Below, piece by piece: positions 11,984-25,584 of a DNA stretch of 64,000 nucleotides (its first letter is position 1; each line of letters opens with the position of its first letter). The translations under genes were made by a program, and so were the position numbers. Origin of the DNA: the human T2T-CHM13v2.0 reference genome, Homo sapiens. The notes below the pieces were generated by a model. It made no database searches, was not told the DNA's origin, and saw only the letters and a list, made by a program, of their open reading frames with translations. The DNA lies in assembly GCF_009914755.1 (NCBI RefSeq), contig NC_060932.1, one strand, 5' to 3'.

Positions 11984-12190
11984 ACCTGCCCATATTCTTC
12001 ACGTGCTCTTAACTTGCTGCTTACAAATCATCTCCTGAGATGCTAACTTTGAACAAAGAAAATAAGAATGGAAGCATGCCATTTTTCTGCCCATTGCTTA
12101 GTGGTTCATGAAGGCCACACTGTTTTGGGTGAGACAAAAGTCTAATGCCACTGGATCTTGTGTGATAAATAAAGAAATATATGATCAATG
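11984..12190 (+). other. KCNU1: KCNU1 3' UTR (approximate end)
   Basis: Sequence between the stop codon and the expected cleavage site ~15-20 nt after AATAAA. Confidence 0.7.
12168..12173 (+). terminator. KCNU1: Polyadenylation signal of KCNU1
   Basis: First canonical AATAAA after the stop codon (~185 nt downstream). Confidence 0.8.
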
Positions 12191-12949
12191 CTTCTGTAAG
12201 GAAAGTTCATTGCTCCTGAGTAGAAAACATGTTAATTTGAGCTGCATTAAAGAAGTCCTCCAGTACTTGCTGGATTCCCCAGGTCAGGAAATACAGGTAA
12301 TCAAGATAAAAATGAGAATTACTCAGACATAGGAAGGAAGTAAAGAGACCCCCTTCAGTCAAGAATCTTACATTTTCTTTTATCCCAGAACAGGCAAATA
12401 GTAAACTAGTATATATTTCCCTCTTTCCCTCCCCATCGTATTTTTCGTTATTCCATTGTATTTTTATTTCATTTCTTTTTATAGGAGTTGAGAAGCACCA
12501 GATGAGGAGATGTGACTGGAATTGGAAAACAATTTGTCTATAAGACCTGGGCATATGCCTGGAACATAGTAGAGGTTTCATAAAAATGAATGTTAGAGTA
12601 CCCTGGGATAGGGTGCCTGAGTGAAATAAGATAGATTAAAGTATGTAACCTTCCAAATTATCTAATTCAAGAACAGAGATATCATTGCATAAAAGGTCTG
12701 AAACATTTCGCTATTCCATATTCCAAAGCAAACCAATCCACTGCTCTATAAACTTTATCTTACAATTAAGTCATTTCACCTAGAGGTTACTGTTTACATT
12801 GTAAACAAAAGTTCAGCATATCTAGGATGTATCCACTCCCAATTGGTTGTCTTACAATGATGAACTTTGTAAACAAGCTCCTTGCATTATCAATACAACA
12901 AAGGTAGAAGGGGGGTGGAGGGAGAAAGAAAATAATTAACCATTTCTCT

Positions 12950-13033
12950 TAAATTGTTTTACATAACATTTATTGTTATGTAAATTGTTTACATAACATT
13001 TATTGTTATGTAAATTGTTTACATAACATTTAT
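12950..13033. repeat. 30-bp tandem repeat (~2.8 copies), internally palindromic
   Basis: Unit acataacatttattgttatgtaaattgttt at 12961 and 12991, with partial copies on each side. Confidence 0.92.
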
Positions 13034-13116
13034 AATATCCTTGACATTTTTAACAATATCTTTGCTGGTTTGGTTTTATTGCTTCTGTTTTACAGGGCAA
13101 GAAACTATGTCACAAA

Positions 13117-13205
13117 TAGTGTTGCCAGATCAAATAAACATGCCCAGTTAAATATAAATTTCTGATAAAAGAATAAATAATATTTTTACTATAAGTATGT
13201 CCAAA
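13117..13205. mobile_element. MER33-like DNA transposon fragment
   Basis: tagtgttgccagat...tgcccagttaaatataaatttctgataaa resembles the MER33 terminus. Confidence 0.6.
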
Positions 13206-13359
13206 TTATTCCATTCAGCTAGTAAGTGATTGAATCAACATCCAAACCTGGTTTATTTCACTCCAGCACTTGTAGACATTATACTTTGAAATACACTAAT
13301 AAAGAAAATAAAACAAACTAAAGAAACACAAAAATATCCATCGAGAGGAAATAAAATTT

Positions 13360-13990
13360 TGCATCAGTTAAGCTTTGGTTGTAAAGAAATCAACTCAATC
13401 TATGTGGAAAATAGAGTGATTGTAAGGAAATTTGTCAGGAACCAAGGAAATTTAAAAATTTTTTTTGAAGTCTCCCAAAGTCATTTTCATCCTTCCTCCT
13501 TTTCAGGTAGACTTTGCTTTTCCATATATATGGCAAGATATATCTTTCTGCAATTCCAAATTTATAGGTAGAGTTCTAGGCATATCAAAGCTTTAACTGA
13601 CTGTCTCTAAATCCCAATCCTAATTTTTAAAAGTATTTGATGGGCTCAGCTTTGGCCACTCCATTCCAACTATTAACGGCTGAGGATCAGGGTGCCTCTG
13701 AATGAAGGACTGTGCTCAGGGGAGGGAGGAGGGTCCATGGCCTGGGATGAAGTGACACCAAAACCTATTGCAAAGACAGTATTAGTCCCTTTTCCCCATT
13801 CCCCTGGCCAGTCTGTACACATAGCAGGTTTAGTAGAGACAAAATGTTCCCGAGAAAGAAATTATGGATTGGCTCTATGGATATTCAAAATCCAGTATTT
13901 TAAGGAAATGAGTACTGGAAATCTGGCTAAGGAAATATCTGTTGCAACTACAGCCAGTGTATGAGCATTCATATTGTCAGTATTGATAAA
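13360..13990. mobile_element. Old ERVL/MaLR-type LTR remnant
   Basis: Begins tgcatcagttaagctttggttgtaaag, similar to old MLT1-class LTR ends. Confidence 0.35.
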
Positions 13991-14619
13991 TGAAGTTGGC
14001 AGAGTATCCCTAAATTTATGTGCCAAGTGATTCTATAGCTCCAGAACCCAACTCTTCACCTGTAAGTGACAACATTTTAATAATACAAATCATAAACACC
14101 AAGTTCTTTGGCAATATGGTGGATATTTAATCCATAATAATTGTTTGATTCTTGTTAATAGAAGAACTGATATGAAGACAAGGGAAAACATACAAGGAAT
14201 TTAGTTCACAAACAATATGGGGACCAGAAGTTCTTAAGTTTTTTGACACTTTAATACTTTCAAAATTGGATGACAGCTACAGACTTCCTCCCCAGAAAAA
14301 TTTACATATGCATATATTTCACAAAATTCCTCATGTAAGTGGGAAGAAGGACATGGATCACACTATAGTCTATTTATTATCTTTCAAAATCCCTGATACA
14401 GACTTTTTATAATCAGCAGAGTGGTCACCAGATAGAACATAGGAGAGGGGAGTCAAGAGACCTGAGTACATGCTTTGGATATCTCATTAAAGATTTTTTG
14501 TTTGTTTGTTTGTTTGTTTGTTTGTAATATTGGGCAAGGTCTTAAAACCTTCCTCAGCTTATTTTACTGTTTGCAAAAGGATAAAGTTGAACTAGAAGAT
14601 GCTGAGCATTACTTCCATC

Positions 14620-14935
14620 TTCGTTTATTCAACACATTTTTTTTCACTTCGTACTATGTATCAGGCACTGTGCTAGATGCCAAGGATAGAGCAGTAACCA
14701 AGACAAAGTTGCTTTCTCCATGAAGCATACATTCTAGTTGAAGGAGGCAGAAAATAAGAAAGAAATCTAGCATTGTTAGAGCATAGTGAATAAACCAGAG
14801 GAAACGTTACATGAGATGAGACTGGAAAGATAGGCAGGACCTAATTAATAAAGACTCTATAGACAAAAAAGATTACATTTGATTCTAAGTGTGATGAGAA
14901 GCTCTTTAACAATTTTAAATACTGGAGTGAGTGAT
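14620..14935 (-). mobile_element. L2 3' fragment
   Basis: tttattcaacacattt...tactatgtatcaggcactgtgctagatgc, the typical antisense L2 3' end. Confidence 0.7.
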
Positions 14936-14943
14936 GCGATTTA

Positions 14944-15365
14944 CTGCTGATCCATGAGCAACACGAGTTTGAACTGCATGGTATACAGCTATTCATCCTC
15001 TCTTGAGACAGCAAGACCAATCCCTTCTCTTCTTACTCCTCCTCAACCTACTCAATGTGAAGATGACAAGGAAGAGAACTTTATGATGATCCACTCTCAC
15101 TCAGTAGTAAATGTATTTTCTCTTCCTTATTATTTTCTTAATAATATTTTCTTTGCTTTAGCTTACTTTATTTTAAGAATTCAGTACATAATAGATATAA
15201 CATACAAAAATGTGTGTTAATCAACTGTTTATGTTATTGGTAAGGCTTCTAGTCCAGAGTAGGCTATTAGTAGTTAAGTTTGAAGGGAGTCAATATTTAT
15301 ATGTGAATTTTTGACTGTGTGGCAGGTTGGGGCTCCTAACCCCTGTATTGTTCAAGGGTCAACTG
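14944..15365. mobile_element. Tigger2a-like TcMar DNA transposon
   Basis: Degenerate left TIR ctgctgatccatgagcaacac and right TIR ttgttcaagggtcaactg, flanked by TA. Confidence 0.8.
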
Positions 15366-15505
15366 TATATTTTTCAAAGATTACTGTGGCACTTAGGGTT
15401 TCAGAAGTATAACTAACTGAATTCAAATGGATTTTCTCTCTGCTAGAAACACTCAGAAATGCTAGGTAAACTATAATAAATTTTAAATATATATATAGCA
15501 GTTCC

Positions 15506-15818
15506 TTTTTTTTTTTTTTGAGATGGCATCTCGCTCTGTCACTCAGGCTGGAGTGGAGTGCAGTGTCATAATCTCGGCTCACTGCAACCTCTGCCTCCCA
15601 GTTTCAAGTGATTCTCCTGCCTCAGCCTCCTGAGTATCTGAGACTACAGGCACCTGCCACCACACCCAGCTAATTTTTGTATTTTTAATAGACGGTGTTT
15701 CACTATGTTGGCCAGGGTGGTCTCGAACTCCTGACTTCAAGTGATCTGCCCACTTCAGCCTCCCAAAGTGCTGAAATTACATTGTAGGAATTACAGGCAT
15801 GAGCCACCACACCTGGTC
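15506..15818 (-). mobile_element. Alu (AluS-like)
   Basis: PolyT followed by an antisense Alu. TSD-like tatagcagtt / tatagtagtt. Confidence 0.95.
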
Positions 15819-16169
15819 TATAGTAGTTATTTAAAAAGAAAGAAAACTCCCAGGCAGAAGTAGGAGGGAAGTCATAGCCAGAGAGGGTGTCTGTGAGAGA
15901 TACAGGACTAATATGTAGGACTGTTTAGTCAGTGGCTGGGATTATGATGTCATGGGGGACCCATAAGATGAGATGGGAACTGAGAACCAATATAACTTTA
16001 AGCTGGGAAGGACCAGCCCATGTGAGCAAGAAGCAATAGATAGCCTCCTTCCACTGGCCAAAAGAGGACCAAGAACATTTATCTTTGCTTAGGAATCTGG
16101 GTATGAAAAACACCTATCATGAGAAATTGAAGCCCCAAGCTCATATAATGTGCTGATGTAATATTCAAA

Positions 16170-18400
16170 TTTATGCCATGTGTGGCAGAAATTTGAAACT
16201 GAAAATGTAATAAAGAAACATCCAGTTCCAAACGAGTAACACTCTTGAAATGACATGAAAAAACAAGAAAACATGACACTACCAAGGAAACAAAATAATT
16301 ATCTAGGAACAGATCACAAATAAAAGGAAATATACAAAATGCTACAAAAGGAAATCAAAATGATAATCTTAAAGACATGTGGTAAAACACAAGAGAATAA
16401 AGGTAGGCAATTTGATGAATCAGGAAAAATACCCATGATCTAAATGAGAAACTCAACAGAGATAAATACCATAAGAAAGAACCAAACAGAAATCTTAGTG
16501 CAGAAGAACTTAATGAATAAAATAAAAATGTCCAGAGCTTCTATGAAATACTAGACCAAATAACAGAAAGACTTTCTGAACTGGAAGACAGATCTTTTGA
16601 AATAATGCAGACAGATGTAAAAGAAAAAGAAGAACTTAAAAGAATGAAGAAAGTCTATAGGATTTATGGGGCACCAGTAAGCAAACAAATATTCATATTA
16701 TATGAGTTCCAGAAAGAGAATAGACAGGAAAAGTCATAGGAAGCATACAAAATGAAATAATAGCTGAAAACTTGCCAAGTCTAGGGAGAGAGATGGACAT
16801 CTGTTCCAGAAACAACAAAAATCCCCAAATACCTTCAACTCAGACAGATCCTCTCTGAGGCATGTTATAGTCAAATTTTCTTTAGTCAAAGAATTCTAAA
16901 AATAGCAAGATAAAAATGTGAAGTCACATATAAAGGTATCTCCATTAGACTAATGCAGATTTCTCATCAGAAATCTTACAGGTCAAAAAAAATGGGATTA
17001 TACAGTCAAAGTGCTGAAAGAAAATAAATCTGCCAACCAAGAACACTGTATCCAGCAAATCTATTCTTCAGAAATGAAGTAGTCTTTCCCAGACAGGCAA
17101 AGACTGAGGGAATTTATCACCACTGGACCAGTCTTACAAGAATCACTTAAGAGAGTCCTACATTTGGAAGTAAAAAGGCAATAACAATCATCATGAAAAC
17201 ACAAAAAAATTCTAAAACTCACCTGTAAAGCAGATACAAAAAGAAAAAAGGAATCAAATCTTATTGTGACAGAAAAACCACCAAACCACAATGAAAAACA
17301 ATAATAGAGGAGGAAATTTTAAAAGGATATACAAAACAACCAGCAAACAATAAAATGATAGGAGTAAGTCCTCCCCTATCAATAACTTTGATGTAAATTG
17401 ATTTCCCAATTAAAAGACATAGACTGGCCAAATGGGTTGAAAAAATAAACAGGCATGACTATATGCTGCCTATGAGAACTAAATTCACCATATGGACACA
17501 AATAGACTGAAAGTGGAGTGATGAAAAAAGATATCCCTTGGAATATCAAATGGGTACAAAAAGCAAGCAGGAGTAGCTACATTTATGTCAGATAAAACAG
17601 ACTTTACATCAAAAACTGTAAAAAGAGACAAAGAAGAATATTATGTAACAATAAAGGGATCAATTCAGCAAGTGTATATAACAAATGAAAATATATAGGC
17701 ATTAACACCAGAGCACCCAGGTATATAAAGCAAATATTATTATATCTAAAGAGTGAGAGACATTCCAGAACAATAATAGTTGGGGACTTCAACATCCCAT
17801 TCTCAGCATTAGACAGATCATCTAAACAGAAAATGAACAAAGAAACACCAAATTTAAGGTGCACCATAGGCAAAATTGACCTAACACATTTATAGAAGTT
17901 TTCACCCAATAGCTGCAGAATACACATTCTATTTCTCAGCACATGGAATATTCTCCTAAATTAACTATATGTTATGAAAAAACAAGTCTCAAAAATTAAA
18001 AAAAAATTAAAATCATACCACGTATTTTTTTTCTGACCACAATGGAAAAAAGCTAGAAATCATTAACAAGAATATTCAAAAATATACAAATACATAAAAA
18101 TTCAACACCATATTTATGAGTAACCAATGAATCAAGGAGGAAATTAAGAAGAAAATTTAAAATTTCTAGAAACAAATTGACATAGGAATACAACATACAA
18201 AAACCTATGGGACACAAAAAAGCAGTATTAAGAGACAGGTTTATAGTAATAAATAAATGCCTACATTGAAAAGTAGAAGTATTTCAAATAAACCACCTAA
18301 GAAGGCACTTCAAGGAACTAGAAAACAATAACAAACCAAACCCAAAACTAGAGAAGGAAAGAAGTAATAAAGATCACAGCAGAAATAAACAAAACTGAGA
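16170..18400 (+). mobile_element. Old L1 (L1M-type), degraded ORF1 and ORF2 endonuclease region
   Basis: A-rich, with ORF1-like (agggaatttatcaccactggacc) and endonuclease-like (ataatagttggggacttcaacatccca) motifs. Many stops. Confidence 0.85.
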
Positions 18401-20690
18401 CTATCACATCACATAAACAAAACATAAAATAAAACCACATCATCATCTCAATAGATGAAGAAAAGACTTTCAATAAAATTTAACATCCCTCATGTTAAAA
18501 ACCCTCAACAAACTAGGTATAAAAGGAACATACCTCAAAATTACAAGAGCCATCTATGACAAACACACAACCAACATCACATTGAATGGGCAAAAGCTGG
18601 AAGAATTCACCTTGAGAACTGAAATGAGACAAGGATGCCCTGTCTCACCACTCCTATTCAACATAATACTGGAAGTCCTAGCCAGAGCAATCAGGTAAGA
18701 GAAAGGAATAAAAGGCATGCAAATAGGAAGAGGGGAAGTCAAACTATCTTTCTTCACTGATGATATCATACTACAACTAGAAATACCCATAGTATTTGCC
18801 CAAAGGCTCCTAGAACTGAAAAACAACTTCATTAAAGTTTCAGGATACAACATCAACTTACAAAAATCAGTAGCATTTCTATACATCAATAATATTTAGG
18901 CTGAGAGCCAAATCAAGAATGCAATTCCATTCACAACTGCCACAAAAAGATTAAATACCTAGGAATGCAGCTAAGCAGGGAGGTAAAAGATCTCTACAGG
19001 GAGAATTACAAAACACTGCTGAAAGAAATCATAGATGACACTAACAAATAGAAAATCATTCCATGCTTACGGATAAGAATAATCAATATTCTTAAAATGG
19101 CTATACTGCCAAGGGCAATTTACAGACTCAATGCTATTTTTATTCAACTACCAACATCATTTTTTTCACAGATTTAGAAAAGACTATTCTAAAATTAATA
19201 TGAAACCCAAAAAGAGCTTGAATAGCAAAGCAATCCTAAATAAAAAGAACAAAGTCAAAGGCATCACATACCTGACTTCATACTATTCCACAAGGCTACT
19301 GTAAACAAAACAGCATGGTACTGGTACAAAAACAGACACATAGACAAATGAAAAATGATAGAAAGCCAAAAAATAAAGCTGCAAACCTACAACTATCTGA
19401 GCTGGAACAAAGATGACAATAACAAGCAATGGGGAAAAGACTCCCTATTCAATAAATGGTGCTAGAATAACTGGCTTGCCACACGCAGAAGATTGATAAT
19501 GGACCCCTTATTTTACCATATGCAAAAAAATCAATGCAAGACAGATTAAAGACTTAAATGTAAGACCTGAAACTATAAAAATCCTGGAAGTAAACCTAGG
19601 AAATACCATTCTAGACATAGGCTTTGGCAAAGATTTCAGAACGAAATCCCCAAAAGCAATTGCAGCAAAAACAAAAATGGACAAGTTGGACCTAAGTAAA
19701 CCAAAGAGCTTCTGCACAGCAAAAGAAATTATCAGCATAATAAACAGCCTACATAATAAGAGAAAACATTTGCAAACTATGTATTAGACAAAGGCCTAAC
19801 ATCTAGAATCCATAAGAAACAAATCAACAAGAAAAAAACAAGCCCATTTAAAAATGGGCAAAGAACATGAACAGACACTTCTCAAAGAAGGCATACAGGT
19901 GGACAACAAGCATACGAAAAAAATGCACAACATCACTAATCATTAGAGAAATGCAAATCAAAACCACAGTGAGATACCATCTCATACCACTCAGATGGCT
20001 ATTATTAAAAAGTCAAAAAATAGCAGATGCTGGCAAGGTTGCAGAGTAATAGGAATGCTTATGCACTGCTGTGGGAATGTAAATTAGTTCAGGCACTAAG
20101 GAAATAAGTTTGGGTATTTCTCAAAGAACTTAAATGAGAACTACTATTCGACCAGCAATCCCATTACTGGCTATATGCCCAACGGAATATAAATCATTCT
20201 ACCAAAAAAATCATAAACTCATATATTTATTGCAACACTATTTACAATAGTAAAGACACGGAATCAACGTAGATGCCATCAATGGTGGGATGGATAAAGA
20301 AAATGTATATATGCACCATGGAATACTATGCAGCCATAAAAGAATAAACTCATGTATTTAGCAGCAACATGGATGCAGTTGATGGCCATTATCCTAAATG
20401 AATTAATTTAGGAACAGAACACCAAAGTACTGCGTGTTCTCACTTATAAGTGGGAGCTAAACATGGAGTACCCATGGGCACAGAGATAGGAACAATAGAC
20501 ACCACAGCCTGTTTGAGTGGGGAGGGTGGAAGGAGGATGAGGGTGGGAAAACTACATATTGGGTACTATGTTCACTATTGGGTAACAAAATCATTTGTAC
20601 ACCAAACCCCAGTGACATGCAAGTCACCTATATAGCAAATCTGCACATGTACCCCCTGCACTTAAAAGTGTAAAATAATAATAATTTTTT
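18401..20690 (+). mobile_element. 5'-truncated L1 (L1PB/old L1PA type) nested in the older L1
   Basis: RT fragments ([14 protein letters not shown]...[23 protein letters not shown]), C-terminal region, and primate-type 3' UTR ending catgtaccccctgcacttaaaag plus A-rich tail. Confidence 0.85.
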
Positions 20691-20977
20691 GAAATTTTTT
20701 TTGAAAAATCTTTAGCTATACTAAGAAAAAAAGAGAAAACTCAAATTAATAAAATCAGAAATGAAGAAAAATGTTACACCTGATACCAACAGAAATAGAA
20801 AGAATCACTAGAGGCTATTACTAACAACTACAGACCAAAACATTTGAAAATCTAGAGGAAATGGATAAATTCCCAGATATATACAACCTACCAAGATTGA
20901 ACCAAGAAAATATAGAAAACTGAAACAGACCAATAATGAGTAATAAGGTTGAATCAGCAATAAAAAGTCTACAAAGG

Positions 20978-21253
20978 GGCCGAGTGCAGTGGCTCATGCC
21001 TGTGGTCCCAGCACATTGGGAGGCAGAGGCGGGCGGATCACGGGGTCAGGAGATCAAGACCATCCTAGCTAGCATAGTGAAACCCCGTCTCTACTAAAAA
21101 TAAAAAAATTAGCCCGGCGTGGTGGCAGATGCCTGTAGTCCCAGCTACTTGGGAGGCTGAGGCAGGAGAATGGCGTGAATCTTGAGCCGGGATCACGCCA
21201 CTGCACTCCAGCCTGGGCTACTGAGGGAGACTCCGTCTCAAAAAAAAAAAAAG
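20978..21253 (+). mobile_element. Alu (AluY/Sc-like) with a small internal deletion, inside L1
   Basis: ggccgagtgcagtggctca...gagactccgtctc plus A tail. TSD-like aaaagtctacaaagg / aagagtccccaaagg. Confidence 0.93.
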
Positions 21254-22516
21254 AGTCCCCAAAGGAGAAAACCCAGGACCAATGGCTTCACTTCTGAATT
21301 CTACCAAACATTTTTTAAAAAGCTAATACTAATTCTTCTTAAATTATTCCAAAAAACTGAAGGGAGGCTAATTCTTCCAAATTCATTCTGCAAGGCCACT
21401 TTAACCCTGATACTAACACCAGATAAAGACACAACAACAACACTACAGGCCAATATTTCTGATGAACATAGATGCAAAAATTCTCAAAAAAACCCTAGCA
21501 GATTGAATTCCACAGCACGTCAAAAAGATTATACACGATAATCAAGTGAGATTTACCTCAGGGATGCAAAAATGGTTCAACATATGCAAATCAATAAATG
21601 TGATATAACTCATCAACAGAATGAAGAACAAAAACAATATGATCGTTTCAATAGATGCAGGAAATATTTGATATAGTTCAGGATCCTTTCATCAAAAAAA
21701 CTCTCAATAAATTAGGTGTAGAAAGAATGTACCTGAACACAATAAAGGCCACATATTATAAACCCACAGCTAACATTATATTTAATGGGGAAAAGATCAA
21801 AGCTTTTCCTCTAAAAACTAGGACAAGACAAGGATGTTCACTCTCTCCATTCTAATTCAACATAGTACTAAAGGTCCTAGCCAGAGCAATTAGGAAAGAG
21901 AAATAAATAAAGAGCATCCAAATTGGAAAATAGGAAATACAATTGTTCCTGTTTGCAGACAACATAGTAATATATATAGAAAAACCTGAAGACTCCAGCA
22001 AAATACTCTTAGAACTGATAAACAAATTCAGTAAATTTACAGGACACAAAAACAACATTAACTATCAGTAGTGTTTTTACACACCAACAAACTAGTTGAA
22101 AAATAAATTTAAAAAAAATCCCATTTACAATAGCTAAAAAAAGAAAAACCTAGGAATAAGTTTAACCAAGGAGGTGAAAGGTGTCTACCAGGAAAACTAT
22201 AATACACTGATAAAAGAAACTGAAGATGTAAGCAAATGGAAATCCCACGTTCATGACCTGGGAGAATTCATTTTGTTAAAATGATCATACTACCCAAAAC
22301 AGTCTAGGGATTTAATGCACTCTCTATCAAAATACCAATGACATTTTTCACAGAAATAGCAAAAACAATTCTAAAATTTGTATGGAACCACAAAAGTTCT
22401 CAAATAGCCAAAGCAATCCTGAGCAAAAGGAGCGAAGCTGGAGGCATTATACTACCAGACCTCAAAATATACTACAAAGCTATGCATGATAAACAAAAGA
22501 GCATTGTATTGGTATA

Positions 22517-22610
22517 AAATGGATACATAGATTAGTGAAATGAAATATATAACCCAGAAATAAATGGATACATAGATCAGTGAAATGAAATACATAACCC
22601 AGAAATAAAT
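22517..22610. repeat. 45-bp tandem duplication inside L1
   Basis: aaatggatacatagat(t/c)agtgaaatgaaata(t/c)ataacccagaaat occurs twice. Confidence 0.9.
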
Positions 22611-24039
22611 ACATGTATTTACAGCTTACTGATTCTTGACAATGGCACTAAGAACATTCATTAGGGAAAGGACAGTCTCTTCAACAAGTGATGCTGAGAA
22701 AACTGTATATCTATATGCATAAGAATGAAACAAGACTCCTATCTCTTACCTCATACAAAAATCAACTCAAAATGGAGTAACGACTTAAATGTAAGACCCA
22801 AAACTATAAAACAACTAAAATAACAAAGGATAAATTCTTCAGGACATTGGTATGAAAAATGATTGTATAAATAAGACCTCAAAGGCACAGGCAACAAAAG
22901 CAAAAATAAACAAATGAGATTATATCTAACTTAAAAGTGTCTGCACAGCAATGAAAACAATCAATACAGTGAAAAGATAACCTACCGAATGGGAGAAAAT
23001 ATTTGCAAACTATTTATTTGACATGAGATTCATATCCAGAATGTATAAGAAACTCAAGAGAAAAAAAAAGTCATCAGGTTAAAAATACAGCAAATAATCC
23101 AAATAGACATTTCTTAAAAGAAGACATGCAAATGGCTAACAAATATATGAAAAAATGCTCAACATCACTAATTATCAGGGAAATGTAAATCAAAACCACA
23201 ATGAGATACCATCTCAACCCACTTAGAATGGCTACTATCAAAAAGACAATAAAAAACAACAACAAATGCTGGTGAGTGTGGGGAGAAAGGGACCTCTTAT
23301 ACGCTGTTTGTGGGAATATAAACTAGTATACCTATTATGTAGAACAGTATGGAGATTCCTCAGAAAATTAGTACAAGAACCATATGATCCAGCAATCCCA
23401 CTGCTGGTTATATATCCAAAGGAAAGGAAATCAGTATGTTGAAGAGATGGCTGCACTCCCATGTTGTTTGCAACACTGTTCACAAAAGTAAAGATATGGT
23501 ATCAACCTAAGTGTCCATCAATAGATGAACAGGTAAAGAAAACGTGATGGATATCAACAATGAAGTACTCTTCAGCCATTTTTTAAAAAGAATAAAATCA
23601 TGTCATTTATGGCAACATGATTGAGCCTGGAGGACATTATTTTAAGTGAAATAAACCAGGAACAAAAAAATACCGCATGTTCTCACTCACATGCAGAAGC
23701 TTCACAAGTTGATTTTATGGAAGTAAAGAGTAGAATAGAGGTTACCAGAGGGTGAGAAAAGGAGGGGGTGGGAGTGGGGTAGAAAGGAATTGGTTAAGGA
23801 TACAAAATGACAGCTAGATAGAAAGAATAAGTTATATTGCTCTATAGCACTGTAGGATGACTATAGTTAACAGTGCATTATTATATACTTTCAAATATGT
23901 ATAAGAGAGGACTTTAAATGTTCCCAACACACACAAAAAATGATAAATATTTGAGATGATGGATGGGCTAATTACCCTAATTTAATCACTATACATTTTA
24001 TGTATTGAAACATCACTATGTACACCATGAATTGTACAA

Positions 24040-24360
24040 CAGGCAAGGTGGCTCACTCCTCTCATCCCAGCATTTTAAGGGAGGCTGAGGTGGGAGGATA
24101 GCTTGAGCTCAAGAGTTTGAGACTAGTCCAGGCAGCAAAGCAAGACCCTGTCTCTAGAAAACAAACAAACAAAAATTAGCCAACTGTGGTGGTGTGCACC
24201 TGCTGTGCACCTGGTGTGGTCCCAGCTACTTGGGAGGCTGAGGTGGGAGGACTGCTTGAGTCCAGATCAAGGCTGCAGTGAGCTATGATTGCACCACTGC
24301 ACTGCAGCCTGCACAACAGAGTGAGACCCTGTCTTAAAAAAAACAAGCAAACAACAAACA
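24040..24360 (+). mobile_element. Alu (AluJ-like)
   Basis: Diverged dimeric Alu with J-type features (gggaggatagcttgagc, gagctatgattgcacc). Confidence 0.9.
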
Positions 24361-25035
24361 GAAAATAACAAGTGTTAGCAAGGACATGGAGAAATTGGAA
24401 CCCTTGTGCACTGTTAGTGGCAATGTAAAATGTTGTAGCCACTATGGAAAACAGTGTGGAAGTTCTTCAAAAAGTTAAAACTTGAATTACCATATAATCC
24501 AGTAGTCCCACTTCTGATTATCCAATAAAAATGAAAACAGTATCTCAAAGGGATATTGCATATGCCCATGCTTATTGCAGCATTATTCACAATAGCTAAG
24601 AAGTGAAAGCAACTTAAATGTCCATCAGCAGATGAATGGATAAAGAAAATGTGGTATAGGCATACAATGAAATATTATTTAACCTTAATAAGAAAGAAAA
24701 TACTGTATCCATGCTACGACATAGACAAACCTTGAGGATATTACACTAAGTGAAAGAAACCAGCTACAAAAAGACAAATACTGCATGATTCCACTAATAT
24801 ATGGCATCAAAAGTCAAACTCTTAGAGAGTAGAATGGTGGTTGCAAGTGGCTGGGGTAGAGGGTAAAGGGGAGTTTGTTTAATGGGTATAGAGTTTTAGT
24901 TTTGCAAGATGAAAAAGTTCCCAAGATCTGTTGCACAACAGTGTGCATATAGTTAGTAATACTTTACTGTAAACTTAAAAATCGTTAAGGTGGTAAATTT
25001 CATGTTATGTGTTTTTGACCACAATAAAATAAATT
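24361..25035 (+). mobile_element. L1MB-type 3' fragment
   Basis: gagaaattggaacccttgtgcac...aaatttcatgttatgtgtttttgaccacaataaaa. Confidence 0.8.
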
Positions 25036-25434
25036 GTTACATACATATAAATTAGTAGAAAGAAGTGAATTTGTAACTTTATATGCATATGTAGGAATAG
25101 ATGAAATCTTAAAAATTAATAAGCTAGTCGTTCAATTTATTATAGTAAATAAGAGAAAGAATGGTGGAGTAAACTGACATAAGTCTAAAGGAATTTTGCA
25201 TCGGTCTTCATATTTCCCAACAAACTTGTCTGGAACAGGAAACCAGAACACAAATCAAGACTCTGCTTCACTCAGTAGCTAACCATTTGTTATTTTGAGA
25301 AATAGGGAAAACATCCTCCATCAAATGATTTGTTTTGTTTAAGTAGCCTAAAGAAATATTGGAGCAACATTTGAACAGAACTGAAGAGTAGGGTAAGATG
25401 AAGAAGCTGGAGGCAATACATGAAAATCTCTTTA

Positions 25435-25570
25435 AGATGTGCTGTTCAAAATATGGTCCCCCAACCAGCAACATCTATGTTATCTGAAAGCGAGCCCCAT
25501 CCCTGGCCTATTGAATCAGAATCTGGATTTTAACAAGATTGATAAATGATTTATACATTAAAGTTTGAAA
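25435..25570. mobile_element. MER5A-like fragment
   Basis: gctgttcaaaatatggtcccc...attgaatcagaatctggattttaacaagat...acattaaagtttgaaa. Confidence 0.65.
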
Positions 25571-25584
25571 AGTAATATTTTCAA

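Larger units (their letters stand above)
20700..24040 (+). mobile_element. Continuation of the host L1 (ORF2 RT to 3' UTR, L1MA-type)
   Basis: Resumes ORF2 shortly after the point interrupted at ~18400. Has a second [10 protein letters not shown] motif and an L1MA-like 3' end. Confidence 0.85.

Noticed and set aside
12950-13033. CRISPR-like palindromic repeat array
   Set aside because: The repeats are contiguous with no unique spacers, no cas genes are present, and the context is mammalian.
18492-22058. Reverse-transcriptase-like ORFs as a novel or active RT system
   Set aside because: These are short fragments of ordinary L1 ORF2, broken by many stops and frameshifts.
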